Notes under the pieces: generated by a model
What the model saw: only the letters and a program-made list of their open reading frames with translations
Database searches by the model: none
What the model was told of the DNA's origin: nothing
In this document: piece after piece, positions 10,110 through 21,398 of the stretch
How the letters are laid out: each line of letters starts with the position of its first letter
Position numbering within the stretch: position 1 is the first letter of the stretch
Position numbers and translations under genes: made by a program
Assembly (NCBI GenBank): GCA_044344255.1
Contig: JBIJDH010000002.1
Location: 384,001-448,000 of the forward strand
Reading direction: 5' to 3'
Source: Myxococcota bacterium
GTDB lineage: Bacteria > Myxococcota_A > UBA796 > UBA2385
Length of the DNA stretch: 64,000 nucleotides

Positions 10110-10160
10110 GTCGCAGCATAGCAGGGCCCGAGGGGCTTCACCCCCCGCGCCGGGCGCGAC

Positions 10161-10769
10161 CTACAGGAAGCGCTCGATGCTGCGCTGAAATTCGATGCGG
10201 TCTGCGAGATCGGAGAGGTAGTCCTTCCGCTCCGACTCCCAGACCAGCACCGGCGATTGGTCGTAGCCGGCGATCCACTCCTCGTAGAGCTCGTTCAGCC
10301 GTCGGAGGTAGGGGACGGGGATGGCCTGCTCGCTCGGCCGCCCGCGCGCCTTGATCCGCCGCCGGATGGCCTGAACAGAGCACCGGAGGTAGATCATCAG
10401 ATCTGGCGGCTGCAAGGCCTGGCGCATGGTGCGGTAGAGCTCCATGTAGGTCTGGTAGTCGCGGTCCTTGATCGACTTGTTCCGGTGCAGGTTGGTGCAG
10501 AAGATCTCGGCGTCTTCGTAGATGGTGCGGTCCTGCACGACCGTGCCCTGGGCGGCGTTGAGCTCCATGTGCAGCCGGAACTTGTGGGTCAGGAAGTAGA
10601 CCTGACTGTGCCAGGCCCAGGCGCCCATGTCCTTGTAGAAGTCGTCGAGGTACGGGTTGTCCATGAACGGTTCATAGACAGGCTCGAAGCCGTATCGATT
10701 GTGCAGAAATCGCACCATAGAGGTCTTGCCGACCCCCATGTTGCCGGCCACCGCGATGAACTTGCGCAT
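10161..10769 (-). CDS. Deoxynucleoside kinase
   Basis: P-loop GNMGVGKTS, NPYLDDFY, QDRTIYEDAEIF, PDLMIYL, RGR..E. Confidence 0.92.
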   Translation of the reverse strand: MRKFIAVAGNMGVGKTSMVRFLHNRYGFEPVYEPFMDNPYLDDFYKDMGAWAWHSQVYFLTHKFRLHMELNAAQGTVVQDRTIYEDAEIFCTNLHRNKSIKDRDYQTYMELYRTMRQALQPPDLMIYLRCSVQAIRRRIKARGRPSEQAIPVPYLRRLNELYEEWIAGYDQSPVLVWESERKDYLSDLADRIEFQRSIERFL

Positions 10770-10771
10770 GG

Positions 10772-13294
10772 TCAGAGATCGATGTGACCGGCGTTGCCGT
10801 ACTGGTCCACCACGTCGATGGACACGACGACCCCTTGGGGCACGGTGGGGGTGAACCAGCTCACCCCGCCGCTCACGGTCGCCTCGGGGGCGGCGCTCTC
10901 GGTGGTGCCGTCGTCCAGGGTCCAGGTGATCGTGGCTTCATGGACCGGGTTGTTGCCCTTGGAGGCTCCATCCTTGTCGATCAGCCGGTAGCCGGCGCTG
11001 GGGCCGGGGAGGCTCGCGCCCAGCGACACGCCGTCCCACGTCAAGGTCAGCGTGGCGGGCACCACCTCGAAGGGCTCGCTCGTCAGCTCGTAGTCGGTGG
11101 TCGCCCAGGGCCAGGTGGTCGATCCACCGGCATAACTCTTGCCGTAGACGTGGAGCCGGTAGGTGCCGGTGGGCAGGCCGGCGCGGTCGCGCACGTGGTC
11201 GACCACCTGCCAGGCGGCCCACCATGCGTGGCTCTGGGGGTCGTCCCAGGGGTAGAGCGGGTCGGGGGTGTGGGCGACCAGGATGTCGGCGGAGGCGGTG
11301 TTGAGCTCGCGACCGGCGGCGGTGGTGAGCTCGACCCAGGCGTCCCCCTCGAGGCGCTCAACGCGCACGTCGGGGAGGTCTACGCCCGGGTCGCCTCCCT
11401 CCCACACCAGCTGGGCGATGCCCTGCACACGAGGCAGCACGGCCGCTGGCTGGAGCTCGACGGTGAGGCCCGGCAGCGGCTGGTACAGGTACTCCGGCGT
11501 GGCCTCGACCAGGGTGCCGGCGAGCGGCGTCGCGTCGGGCGCGTCGGTGGGCAGCGCCCGCTCGGCGTACTCGGTGCTCGGATAGTCGCCCCACGGATCC
11601 TCGGGCTCGATGACGTCGTTCATCAGCCACTTTTCGGTGAGCTCAAGCACACCTTCCAGGATGTGCTCGGCCTGCAGCGGCCCCCAGATGTTGATGCTCG
11701 ACTCGTAGCCGCCGAGCAGCCAGTCTTCGGGGATGAGCAGGTAGCCCTCGTGATCCTGGGAGTAGCCGAAGGGGATGGCGTGATCGATCCCCAGCTCGGC
11801 CTTGGCACGGCGGCGGAACTGCTCGGTGTACAGCGCCGTCACCTCGCCGGGGAAGAAGGCCAGCAGCACGTCGTCGGTGACCTCGGTGCCGTCGTCCTGG
11901 AGGATGGGGAGGGGCCCGATGCGGCTCGCCGAGACCGTGGCGCGGAGGCTCTCGGGCAAGGGGACGATCATCTCGTCCTCTTCCAGATCGAAGAAGGCCC
12001 GGATGACGTTGGCGATGACCCCCACCTCGATGCACGAGCTGTAGGGCTGGACGTCGCTGCCGATCGACACGCCGGGGATGAGCGGGAAGTCTTCGCCGCA
12101 GAAGGCGCCGCCGGTGCTTGTGTTGAACTCGTCGATGGGAGAGAGGATCTCGCCGCTGGCGCCGTAGATCACGTCGTCGGGGAGCTGACCTTCGACGTAG
12201 GGGGCGTAGCGGAGGTCGAGCGTGCCGCCGCGGGTGACCGCGATGTTGTCGCGGGAGGTGTCGATGCCGTGCGTGATGGTGTCGAGGCGGATCGGGGCGC
12301 TCGAGGTGGGGGTGCGGCTCCACAGATCGACGATCGTGGGCGCGGCGTACTCGCCGAGGCTCTCGATGTTGGCGAAGCCCTCGTCGGTGCCAGAGGGGGA
12401 GGCGTCACCTCCGCCGTGCTGGAGGTAGCCGGCGATGATCGGCTGATCGAATTGCTCCTCGACCGCCGCCTCGACGCCGCCCGAGGCGTCGCTCGACCAC
12501 ATCTCGTTGTCGCCGCCGAGCACGGTGCCGTGCATCCCGAAGGCGAAGAAGAAGCCGATCGGCGCGCCCGCCGCCGTGTCTACGCGGAGGATGGTGAGAT
12601 ACGGATCTTTGTAGGGGCCGGGCGGGATGTCAGAGAAGAAGCCCAGGTTGTCATTCTGGTCTCGCCGATCGTGGTAGACCTTGTTCTCCGGATCCCAGTC
12701 CTTGGCCTGACCGATGCCGATCGCGGCGGGGACCCGGGAGTCAAAGGCCTCCATCGACACGTCGACCAGGGACTCGAGCAGGCGCTCGTAGACCTCCTCG
12801 TTGAAGCGGTCTCCTCCGAGGTACCAGGTCACGCCGTCGTTGTAGTTGGCCGGCGCGTTGTGGCTGTGGTTCGCCGACAGGGTGACCTTGCCCCGGAGGT
12901 CGTGGCCGCTCTCTTCGCTCAGACGATCGCCCAGATCGCGGGTGAGCTTGTCGAAGGAATAGATCGCGTCGAAACGGATCATCACCAGATCTTGCTGACC
13001 GTTCTCCAGCCACAGCGCCACGGCCTTCGGCTGCATATGCACGCCGGCCGAAGGGTTGAAGTTCTCGATGTAGGCGCTCTGGCGCTTATCGACCTCTCCC
13101 GCGTTCCCGAAACAGTTGCAGCGCCCGGTGTACCCGCCAAGTGGGGCCCCGACCGGGTAGTCGAGGTAGGCCTCGGCCATGCCGGCGATCGGGGCGCCGG
13201 GCGTGATGGCGGCGACTGAACGATCTCCCTTCGGGTTCGGTTCACCCCCGCAGCTGGTGACCAGGGCGGGGAGGAGCAGCCAGGTTCGGCGCAT
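10772..13294 (-). CDS. Neutral/alkaline ceramidase-family lipoprotein
   Basis: Lipobox LVTSC; PLGGY, SANHSHNAP, GMHGT, SSD..G, GDASP, PGEVT, GYL..YE motifs; ATG at 13294. Confidence 0.75.
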   Translation of the reverse strand: MRRTWLLLPALVTSCGGEPNPKGDRSVAAITPGAPIAGMAEAYLDYPVGAPLGGYTGRCNCFGNAGEVDKRQSAYIENFNPSAGVHMQPKAVALWLENGQQDLVMIRFDAIYSFDKLTRDLGDRLSEESGHDLRGKVTLSANHSHNAPANYNDGVTWYLGGDRFNEEVYERLLESLVDVSMEAFDSRVPAAIGIGQAKDWDPENKVYHDRRDQNDNLGFFSDIPPGPYKDPYLTILRVDTAAGAPIGFFFAFGMHGTVLGGDNEMWSSDASGGVEAAVEEQFDQPIIAGYLQHGGGDASPSGTDEGFANIESLGEYAAPTIVDLWSRTPTSSAPIRLDTITHGIDTSRDNIAVTRGGTLDLRYAPYVEGQLPDDVIYGASGEILSPIDEFNTSTGGAFCGEDFPLIPGVSIGSDVQPYSSCIEVGVIANVIRAFFDLEEDEMIVPLPESLRATVSASRIGPLPILQDDGTEVTDDVLLAFFPGEVTALYTEQFRRRAKAELGIDHAIPFGYSQDHEGYLLIPEDWLLGGYESSINIWGPLQAEHILEGVLELTEKWLMNDVIEPEDPWGDYPSTEYAERALPTDAPDATPLAGTLVEATPEYLYQPLPGLTVELQPAAVLPRVQGIAQLVWEGGDPGVDLPDVRVERLEGDAWVELTTAAGRELNTASADILVAHTPDPLYPWDDPQSHAWWAAWQVVDHVRDRAGLPTGTYRLHVYGKSYAGGSTTWPWATTDYELTSEPFEVVPATLTLTWDGVSLGASLPGPSAGYRLIDKDGASKGNNPVHEATITWTLDDGTTESAAPEATVSGGVSWFTPTVPQGVVVSIDVVDQYGNAGHIDL

Positions 13295-13326
13295 GAGGAC
13301 CTCGGCGAAGGGGCCGAGAGGATATC

Positions 13327-14814
<1,488 letters not shown>

Positions 14815-14973
14815 CGTCGCTCCGGCGCGCCTCCGCAGAGGTCGGACATTACAGGAGGCCCGGTAGAGCGCGCGTCAGAACACGGGCGAGGCGAGGATGC
14901 AAGCGGCACCGTGCGCGGCGCCGGCGGTGGTACCTGCAGCGGCTACGGCGGAGGCGCGGGGAGGGGAGGGTAG

Positions 14974-16656
14974 ATGACGGATGAGCCAGAGATCCGGAGG
15001 TCGAGGAGTCGCTGGGCCCTCCGCTCGATCCTGCTGTTCGTGGCGGTGGGGGCCTTCACGATCTGGCCCCAGGGGGCGGGCTCGATGTGGGGGTCCCCGC
15101 TGGGAGAGACCGACAACCACTGGTGGATGTTCTGGTGGGCGTTGGAGCGGCTCGGGGGCGGTGGCGCGGGCCTCGTCAACGCGCCCAGGGGGCTCGATCT
15201 CGCGCTGATGGACCCTGTCAACGCCCCTTGGTTCCTCCTCGGCTCCCCCTTCGGCCCGGTGGCGGCCTGGCGGGTGATGCTCGTGGGCAACCTCGTGTTG
15301 GCCGCGGCTGGCGGCTGGGTGCTGGCGCGCCGCTTCGTGGGGCCCGAGGCGGCCCTCGTCGGGGCGGCGGCGATGGGGACGGCGCCCTGGCTGCTCGGCG
15401 TGGTCGACTTCGGCATCACCGAGAGCTGGCCGATCGGGTGGTTGGCCCTCCACGCGGGCCTGCTGATCGGCTTCGCCCGCGGGCGGCCCGCGCGCTGGGC
15501 CCTCGGCGCTGGGATCTGCCTCGGCTTCGCGGCCCTCTCGGGCTGGTACATGGCGACCCTGGCCCTGGGGATCGAGCTCGCCCTCGTGCCGGCCTTGCTC
15601 CTGCGCCATCGGAGGCCGGGGGTGGTCGGGCAAGGCCTCGTCGCGCTCGGGATGGTCCTCCCCTCCTTCCTGCACTTCCAAGGGAAAATGGGCGCCTGGG
15701 AGGCCCGATGGCGGCCTCCCTCGCCGGGGCCGCCTGGGCCGCGGGGGGACTGGGCCGAGCTGCCGATCTTCGGCACCGACCTCCTCAACCTCGTGCTGCC
15801 CCACCCCGGGGACGTGCTCCCGTCGAAGAGCGCCTACCTCGGGCTCGTCGTGGTCGCCCTGGCCGTCATCGGCCTGGTTCGCCGAAGGAGGGCCGGGCTC
15901 CTCCTGGCGGCCCTCGCCCTGCCTTCGGCCCTGCTCGCCCTCGGCTACTGGCCGACCGTCGGGGGCAAGGCCCTCGGCTTCCCGGGCCCGGCCTGGCTCC
16001 TGGCGCGGCTGGTGCCGGCGATGGAGGGGATGAGCCACTGGGAGCGGGCGGTGGGCGGCGTGGTGCCGTTCGTGGCCGCCGCCGCCGCGCTCGGGGCGGA
16101 GGGCTGGGTGCGGGGCCGCTGGGGTCGGGCAGCGCTGCTCGTCAGCTTGATCGCCCTCGACGGCGCCTGGCTCTCGGCGACCCCTTGGCCCCGCTCTACC
16201 TATGATCCTTCCCCGCCGCAGGGCCTCGCCGAGCTCCCCGGTGGCGGCGGAGTGGTGCTCCTGCCCTTCGACAATGGGCGCGCGCCCTTCTCCACCGATC
16301 CCGCCCGCCTCTACAATCGCTGGCAGGTGATGATCGACCGACCGATCTCGGAGAACTATGAGGGGGTGGACGCGCTGCTCGAGGCCTCTGCCCTCGTGTC
16401 CGCCGCCGACGCCGCCTGCGCCGTGCCGACCACGCTCCCGCCCTACTACCAGCCTGACCCCGCGCGCCGGGGTCTGCCGGCTCCCGACGGCGCCGCGCTG
16501 GTGGAGGCCATCCAATCGCTCAAAGGCTGGGGATACCAATGGATCTACCTCTCGAGATCTCGCTGCAGGGTGCCGGCCAACAGCATCCAGCTCCTCGACG
16601 CTCGGCTCGGCCCCGGGCAGCGCCTCGCGGGGGGCGACGTCGCCTGGGCCCTTTGA
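14974..16656 (+). CDS. Polytopic membrane protein, putative GT-C/YfhO-like glycosyltransferase
   Basis: Multiple TM helices, ETDNHWW first loop, SAYLG motif, soluble C-terminal domain. Confidence 0.5.
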   Translation: MTDEPEIRRSRSRWALRSILLFVAVGAFTIWPQGAGSMWGSPLGETDNHWWMFWWALERLGGGGAGLVNAPRGLDLALMDPVNAPWFLLGSPFGPVAAWRVMLVGNLVLAAAGGWVLARRFVGPEAALVGAAAMGTAPWLLGVVDFGITESWPIGWLALHAGLLIGFARGRPARWALGAGICLGFAALSGWYMATLALGIELALVPALLLRHRRPGVVGQGLVALGMVLPSFLHFQGKMGAWEARWRPPSPGPPGPRGDWAELPIFGTDLLNLVLPHPGDVLPSKSAYLGLVVVALAVIGLVRRRRAGLLLAALALPSALLALGYWPTVGGKALGFPGPAWLLARLVPAMEGMSHWERAVGGVVPFVAAAAALGAEGWVRGRWGRAALLVSLIALDGAWLSATPWPRSTYDPSPPQGLAELPGGGGVVLLPFDNGRAPFSTDPARLYNRWQVMIDRPISENYEGVDALLEASALVSAADAACAVPTTLPPYYQPDPARRGLPAPDGAALVEAIQSLKGWGYQWIYLSRSRCRVPANSIQLLDARLGPGQRLAGGDVAWAL

Positions 16657-18239
16657 TGGCCACAGCGCGGTCGTCCGCGCTCCCGGTGGTGCTTTCGGTC
16701 CTGCTGGCCGCCTGCCGTGGCGGCGACGAGCCCAAGTCCGGAGCGGGAGGCCGCGGCGATGACGCCGGCGACGGCGGGGACGGCGGGGACGCCGGGGACG
16801 GCGGGGACGGCGGGGACGGCGGTGGCGGAGACAGCGGTGCGATCACCTCGCCGGGCCCGATCATCGTGGCGGGCGGCGGAACGGAGGGGGAGGTGGGTGA
16901 GCCCGAGGCCTGGAGCGCGCGACTCTACGCGCACCTCCTGGACGCAGGTGATGTCAGCGGCGACGGCCGCGTGGAGGTGCTGGTGCTCAGCGCCGCCGAG
17001 GAGTCCGAGTGGATCCCCGAATACCTCGTGTCCCTCGGGGCGGACGGGGCGGAGAACCTCCGCGTCTCCACCCGGGAGGCGGCAGACGACGAGGCCCTGA
17101 ACGATCGTTTCGCCGCCGCAGACGCCGTCTTCATCAAGGGGGGCGACCAGGGTGAGTATTACGATCTCTGGAACGACCGCGCGGTGGAGGCGGGCATCCG
17201 CGCCGTCCGAGAGGCGGGCGGCGGCCTCGGCGGGACCAGCGCCGGGGCGATGTCCCTCGCAGGCTTCGCGCTCGCCGGCGGCCGAGATCTGATCAGCAGC
17301 GATGTCCTCGCCGACGCCTGCACCCGCTACCTCGACGACCAGACCGACGGCGGCAGCGCGATCCACCCCGACTTCCTCGACGCTGTGCCGGGCACCCTCA
17401 TCGACACCCACTTCACCGAGCGTGGCCGGCTCGGTCGCCTCACCGGGGCCCTGGCCCGAGCGGTCGAAGACAGCGGCGATGCCTCGATCCTCGGCGTGGG
17501 CCTCGAGCAGCAGACCGGCCTGTGGATCGAAGGGGGGCGCGCGACCGTGATCGGGGTCGGCTCGGTGGCCTTCCTCCGCGCCGATCCGAGCGCCCCGCCC
17601 CTTCGGGAGTGTGGTCGGCCGCTCCAGTGGACGGGCCTCTCGCTCGGCGTCCTGACCGATGGGTGGGTTTGGGACCTCACGGCGGGCGGTGTGTTGGAGC
17701 GTCCGAGCGACGCGGTCACGGTGGCCGCCGCGGGGGCGGGCGTCGCGGCGCCGAGCGGCTGGGCAGCGCGGGGAGGCTCGCCGGAGGACGAGGAGAACTT
17801 CGGCCTCGTCGTCGAGCGGGGCGACGCCCCCTTCCGCCTGCGCTCCAGCGCCGCGATGGCACCGTGGGAGGGCGCCTTCGGCCTCCTGGACGCCCACAAC
17901 GAAGACCGCCGCGCGGTCGCACAGGAAGCTGCCTTCGCCGCGCTCGCGGAAGAGCCCAGCGCCGTGGGCTGGCTCGTCGGCGCGGGGAGCCGCCTGGAGG
18001 GGAGCGCCACTATCGCTGTCCGCGCGGGCGACGATCCCGCAGAGGCGCCGCTGTCGGCGTTGATCCTCGACGGGGCCGACCTGCGCGCGACGGGGCGCTC
18101 AGCCACCGTCTCCCCGTACGACGCGGGGGACGGAGGCCTCCACGCGGCCGCCCTGGAGGGGCTCCGCCTCGACGTCCTGTACAGCGACGAAGGCGGGGCC
18201 ACCTATGATCCAGAGGTGCGCCGGGTCGAGTCGCCCTGA
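16656..18239 (+). CDS. Cyanophycinase-like (peptidase S51) lipoprotein
   Basis: Lipobox LLAAC; IIVAGGG, FIKGGDQ, GGTSAGAM (catalytic Ser), IDTHFTERGRLGRL; ATG overlaps upstream TGA. Confidence 0.85.
   Translation: MATARSSALPVVLSVLLAACRGGDEPKSGAGGRGDDAGDGGDGGDAGDGGDGGDGGGGDSGAITSPGPIIVAGGGTEGEVGEPEAWSARLYAHLLDAGDVSGDGRVEVLVLSAAEESEWIPEYLVSLGADGAENLRVSTREAADDEALNDRFAAADAVFIKGGDQGEYYDLWNDRAVEAGIRAVREAGGGLGGTSAGAMSLAGFALAGGRDLISSDVLADACTRYLDDQTDGGSAIHPDFLDAVPGTLIDTHFTERGRLGRLTGALARAVEDSGDASILGVGLEQQTGLWIEGGRATVIGVGSVAFLRADPSAPPLRECGRPLQWTGLSLGVLTDGWVWDLTAGGVLERPSDAVTVAAAGAGVAAPSGWAARGGSPEDEENFGLVVERGDAPFRLRSSAAMAPWEGAFGLLDAHNEDRRAVAQEAAFAALAEEPSAVGWLVGAGSRLEGSATIAVRAGDDPAEAPLSALILDGADLRATGRSATVSPYDAGDGGLHAAALEGLRLDVLYSDEGGATYDPEVRRVESP
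16755..16830 (+). repeat. 9-bp coding repeat encoding a (GGD/AGD)n linker
   Basis: GACGGCGGG-type units; protein GDDAGDGGDGGDAGDGGDGGDGGGG. Confidence 0.85.
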
Positions 18240-18254
18240 AACGACCTGTGGCGA

Positions 18255-18280
18255 CCCGACGGACCTACCCGACGGACCTA
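18255..18280. repeat. 13-bp tandem duplication (CCCGACGGACCTA x2)
   Basis: Read directly between convergent gene ends. Confidence 0.85.
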
Positions 18281-18436
18281 CTTGAGGGCGGCGGGCGAGG
18301 GCATCTCGGCTTCGGCGGTGCCGGAGGCGGTGAGCGCCGACAGCGTCATCCAGCCCGCGGCCAGCAGGAGGAAGAACGTGAAGAGGGGGGAAGTAGCGGT
18401 CTTCTCTTCGTGCTTGACAGTCAGGGACCGGGCCAT
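18278..18436 (-). CDS. Small 52-aa single-TM/signal-peptide protein (not in ORF track)
   Basis: MARSLTVKHEEKTATSPLFTFFLLLAAGWMTLSALTASGTAEAEMPSPAALK*; GGAG 5 nt before ATG; mostly G/C third positions. Confidence 0.65.
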   Translation of the reverse strand: MARSLTVKHEEKTATSPLFTFFLLLAAGWMTLSALTASGTAEAEMPSPAALK

Positions 18437-18655
18437 TTCAGCTCCAGCGGGGACAGCGGGGGGCGGCGAGGTTCAGCAGCAGCGGTGTTCGAAGGCGGGG
18501 GTTCAGCGGCCGCGGGCGGCGAGCGACTTGGAACGGCGGCCCCAGATTACCGACACTCGGTGGACGTGTCAAGAGGGCCTTCTCCAAGTTACCTGATGTG
18601 CTCCGCGGGCGGCCTTCGCTGGGCTCCGAGCGCTACTCCTGGACGGTGTCTCCGC

Positions 18656-19702
18656 GTGATTGAGGTTCTACACATCCTCTGCGATCTGAACGGCGGGGGG
18701 GCCGAGCGCCTGGTGCTCGACCTCTGCCGGCTTCGATCGAGAGACCTCCGGGTGCGGGTGTTGACCATCCAGCGGGGTGGGTCGCTGGAGGCCGCGTTCG
18801 CCGCGGAGGGAGTGCCGGTCTATTGTGCCGATCGGCCTCGCCGCCACCTCGGGATCCGGGCTCTCGGCCGCGTCCGCGCGCAGCTCCGCGGCGCGGACGT
18901 GGTGCACACCCACCTCTGGGCGGGGGACACCTTCGGTCGCATCGCGGGGCTTCTTGAGCATCATCCGGCTATCGTCAGCACAATTCACAACACCCGGGCC
19001 GATGACACCTGGCGAGGCTGGCTCGATCGGCGCCTGTCGAGGCTCTCCCACCGCCTCGTCGCGGTCAGCGAAGCGGCGGAGGCGGCCTTGATCGAGGGAG
19101 GCTATTCCAAGGCTTCGATGACCCGAATTGGGAACGGGATCGATTTGGGACGATTCTGTGCCGTTCCGTTGGCGCCGGGGCGGCGGGTGCTGGCCGTCGG
19201 GCGACTCACCCGACAGAAGGGCTTTGACGTGCTCATCCGCGCCCTTGCGCGGCTCCCGGACGTTGAGGCTGAGATCGTGGGCGAAGGAGAGGACCGTCCC
19301 TCCCTCGAGGCGCTGATCCGCGAGACGGGCGCGCGGGTGCGGCTCCCAGGCTGGCGGGCCGACCTTGGGCCCCACCTCGCCGCGGCGCAGGTGGTGGTCA
19401 TCCCGAGTCGCTGGGAGGGCTTTGGGCTCTTCGCCGTCGAGGCGATGGCGGCGGGCCGCCCCGTCGTGGCCTCCGCCGTCGACGCGCTGCCCGGCGTGCT
19501 CGGTGAGGCCGGCTGCTTCGTCCCGCCCGACGCTCCGGAGCCCTTGGCGGCTGCCCTGCACGCCCTCTTGGACGATCCCCAAGAGCAGCGGCGCCGCGCC
19601 GCCCTCGGCCTCCTCCGCGCCCCCCGCTTTGACGTCCGCCACACCGTAGCCGCGTACGAGAGCCTGTACCGTAGCCTCGCGCGTCCCCCGACCCGTCGCT
19701 GA
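18656..19702 (+). CDS. Glycosyltransferase family 4 (GT-B)
   Basis: GGAERLV, VVHTHL, NGID, VGRL..QKG, PSRWEGFGLFAVEAMAAGRPVVAS; GTG start. Confidence 0.92.
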   Translation: MIEVLHILCDLNGGGAERLVLDLCRLRSRDLRVRVLTIQRGGSLEAAFAAEGVPVYCADRPRRHLGIRALGRVRAQLRGADVVHTHLWAGDTFGRIAGLLEHHPAIVSTIHNTRADDTWRGWLDRRLSRLSHRLVAVSEAAEAALIEGGYSKASMTRIGNGIDLGRFCAVPLAPGRRVLAVGRLTRQKGFDVLIRALARLPDVEAEIVGEGEDRPSLEALIRETGARVRLPGWRADLGPHLAAAQVVVIPSRWEGFGLFAVEAMAAGRPVVASAVDALPGVLGEAGCFVPPDAPEPLAAALHALLDDPQEQRRRAALGLLRAPRFDVRHTVAAYESLYRSLARPPTRR

Positions 19703-19738
19703 GGCCTGTCTTCTCGACGCGCCCGCTCAGGAGAGCTC

Positions 19739-20068
19739 ATGGACAGCTTGAACACGAACAGCCCGAACGATGACGTCCTCGCCCCAGACGTCGAGGCGCG
19801 CGTGGCCGAGCTGCACAGCGCGTTGATGAACACGGTGGACGCGGCCTCTCGCGGTCGAATCCACCTCGAGCTTGGGCGTCACTGCTTGAAGGCGGGCCGC
19901 CTCGAGTCCGCGGTGCGGCACTTCCGCGAGGCGCTCCTGCTCGACACCCGTCTGGACGCCGCTCGATCGCTGCTCCATGAGCTGGGCGAGGGCTCGCGTC
20001 TCCAGGAGGGCCGCGCCGGTCAGCGTCGGTCGGCGGTCAAGGCGCTGCTCGGCCGTCTGCGTCGCTGA
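19739..20068 (+). CDS. Small TPR-containing protein
   Basis: GGAG RBS; HLELGRHCLKAGRLESAVRHFREALLLD TPR consensus. Confidence 0.7.
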   Translation: MDSLNTNSPNDDVLAPDVEARVAELHSALMNTVDAASRGRIHLELGRHCLKAGRLESAVRHFREALLLDTRLDAARSLLHELGEGSRLQEGRAGQRRSAVKALLGRLRR

Positions 20069-20078
20069 ACGGTGTCGC

Positions 20079-21236
20079 TCAGTCGAGCTTGACGCCCTTT
20101 TCTTCCTGAGTCTTGACCTCGTAGCCCCGCTCCGCCCACTGCTTTGAGACGGACTGAACCCAGGCCTCGATCTCCTTGGAGCCGCTCACCGGGTTGGGGG
20201 TGATGGCCACGGGCCAGCCGCCCTCCTCGAGGGTGCACTTGGCCAGCTTCGGCTTCGCGGCGCGCATCGGCACATCGAGCGAGGAGAGCACGTTCCAGCG
20301 CTTGCCGGGCTCGGTCACGGTCGCGTAGTGCACGACCGCGGTCTTCACGCCCTTGCAGTCACCGGCCTCGACGGCGGCCCCACCGTAGAGGAAGGACCCG
20401 CCCGACTGGACGAGCTTGGGGTAGATGCTCGGCAGGAGGCGCGCCGCTGCGGCCTCGGAGCCCGCGGAGGCCAGGCGGTCTGCGACGGCCTTGGACTTCT
20501 CGGGGGCGACACCCTTTGCGATCTCGATGAGCGCCTTCTCGAGGGCCTGCTGGTTCTCCGTCGTCATCGACTCGCCGAGGCCTGGGGCCACGGCGGAGTC
20601 CATCTGGAGCAGGATGGCGTCAAACGGCCCAGCGTTCGCGGCTTTGATCGCAGACTTCGAGAGGGGGCCAAGGGCTGCGGGGCCGACCTTCTTGACGTAG
20701 ACCTCGAGCAGGGCGTTGAACTTCTCGTCGAACATCTTGTCCGGCGGGGCCTCCACCTGCTGGGTGAGCCACTTCGTGAGGTCTTCACTCTCACAGGCGC
20801 GGAAGGCGTCGTCCCACTGCTTGAAGTCGATGTCGCGGAGGCCGAAGTAGGCGCCCTGGAGGAAGCTCACCACCTTGGGCTCGGTGGTGCAGGCGGCGCC
20901 GATGCGCTGGGCGACCTCGTCGCGGGCCTCGTAAGACGAGATCTTGCCGAGCTCGCCCCAGACCGGGTTCCACACCTCGAAGCGCACCGCCGCCATCGAG
21001 AGCTCGACGAGCGCGTCGGAGTCGGTCGCGCCAGCGAGGAGCTTCAAATACTGCTCTTCGGCGATGCTGGTGTCGCACTTCGCGAGGTCGGCGAACGCTG
21101 CACCGATCGCGATTCCCTTGGCGCTCTCCGCCTTCTTGACTTGGGCATCACACTTCCCCGCCTGAGCGGGGGAGGTGGACATCAAAAGGCCGAAGGCCAG
21201 CGTGAGCATGACACTCCTCGGAAACGGGTCGGGCAT
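20079..21236 (-). CDS. Secreted hypothetical protein (helical, Cys-containing)
   Basis: Signal peptide ending AQA, strong GC3 coding bias; start may be 21209. Confidence 0.75.
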   Translation of the reverse strand: MPDPFPRSVMLTLAFGLLMSTSPAQAGKCDAQVKKAESAKGIAIGAAFADLAKCDTSIAEEQYLKLLAGATDSDALVELSMAAVRFEVWNPVWGELGKISSYEARDEVAQRIGAACTTEPKVVSFLQGAYFGLRDIDFKQWDDAFRACESEDLTKWLTQQVEAPPDKMFDEKFNALLEVYVKKVGPAALGPLSKSAIKAANAGPFDAILLQMDSAVAPGLGESMTTENQQALEKALIEIAKGVAPEKSKAVADRLASAGSEAAAARLLPSIYPKLVQSGGSFLYGGAAVEAGDCKGVKTAVVHYATVTEPGKRWNVLSSLDVPMRAAKPKLAKCTLEEGGWPVAITPNPVSGSKEIEAWVQSVSKQWAERGYEVKTQEEKGVKLD

Positions 21237-21398
21237 CTACCGGGTTCTCGGCGCGGCGTCGAGGTCGGTCGGGTACAGCGACACGCGGTCTGCTTGGGAT
21301 CGTCCGCGCCCCGGTTCCGCCTGAAGGGCGGGCACCGAGCGGAGGGTGGGATAGAGCCGCTGCCCTTCGGCACCCGGCACGAGCTCCGAGCAGCGAAC

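Noticed and set aside
20328..21398. Apparent 357-aa N-terminal extension of SucA
   Set aside because: It is the antisense of gene 20079..21236; SucA similarity begins near ATG 21399. The same reasoning applies to the extensions on mutY, the ceramidase, GT4 and the ABC binding protein
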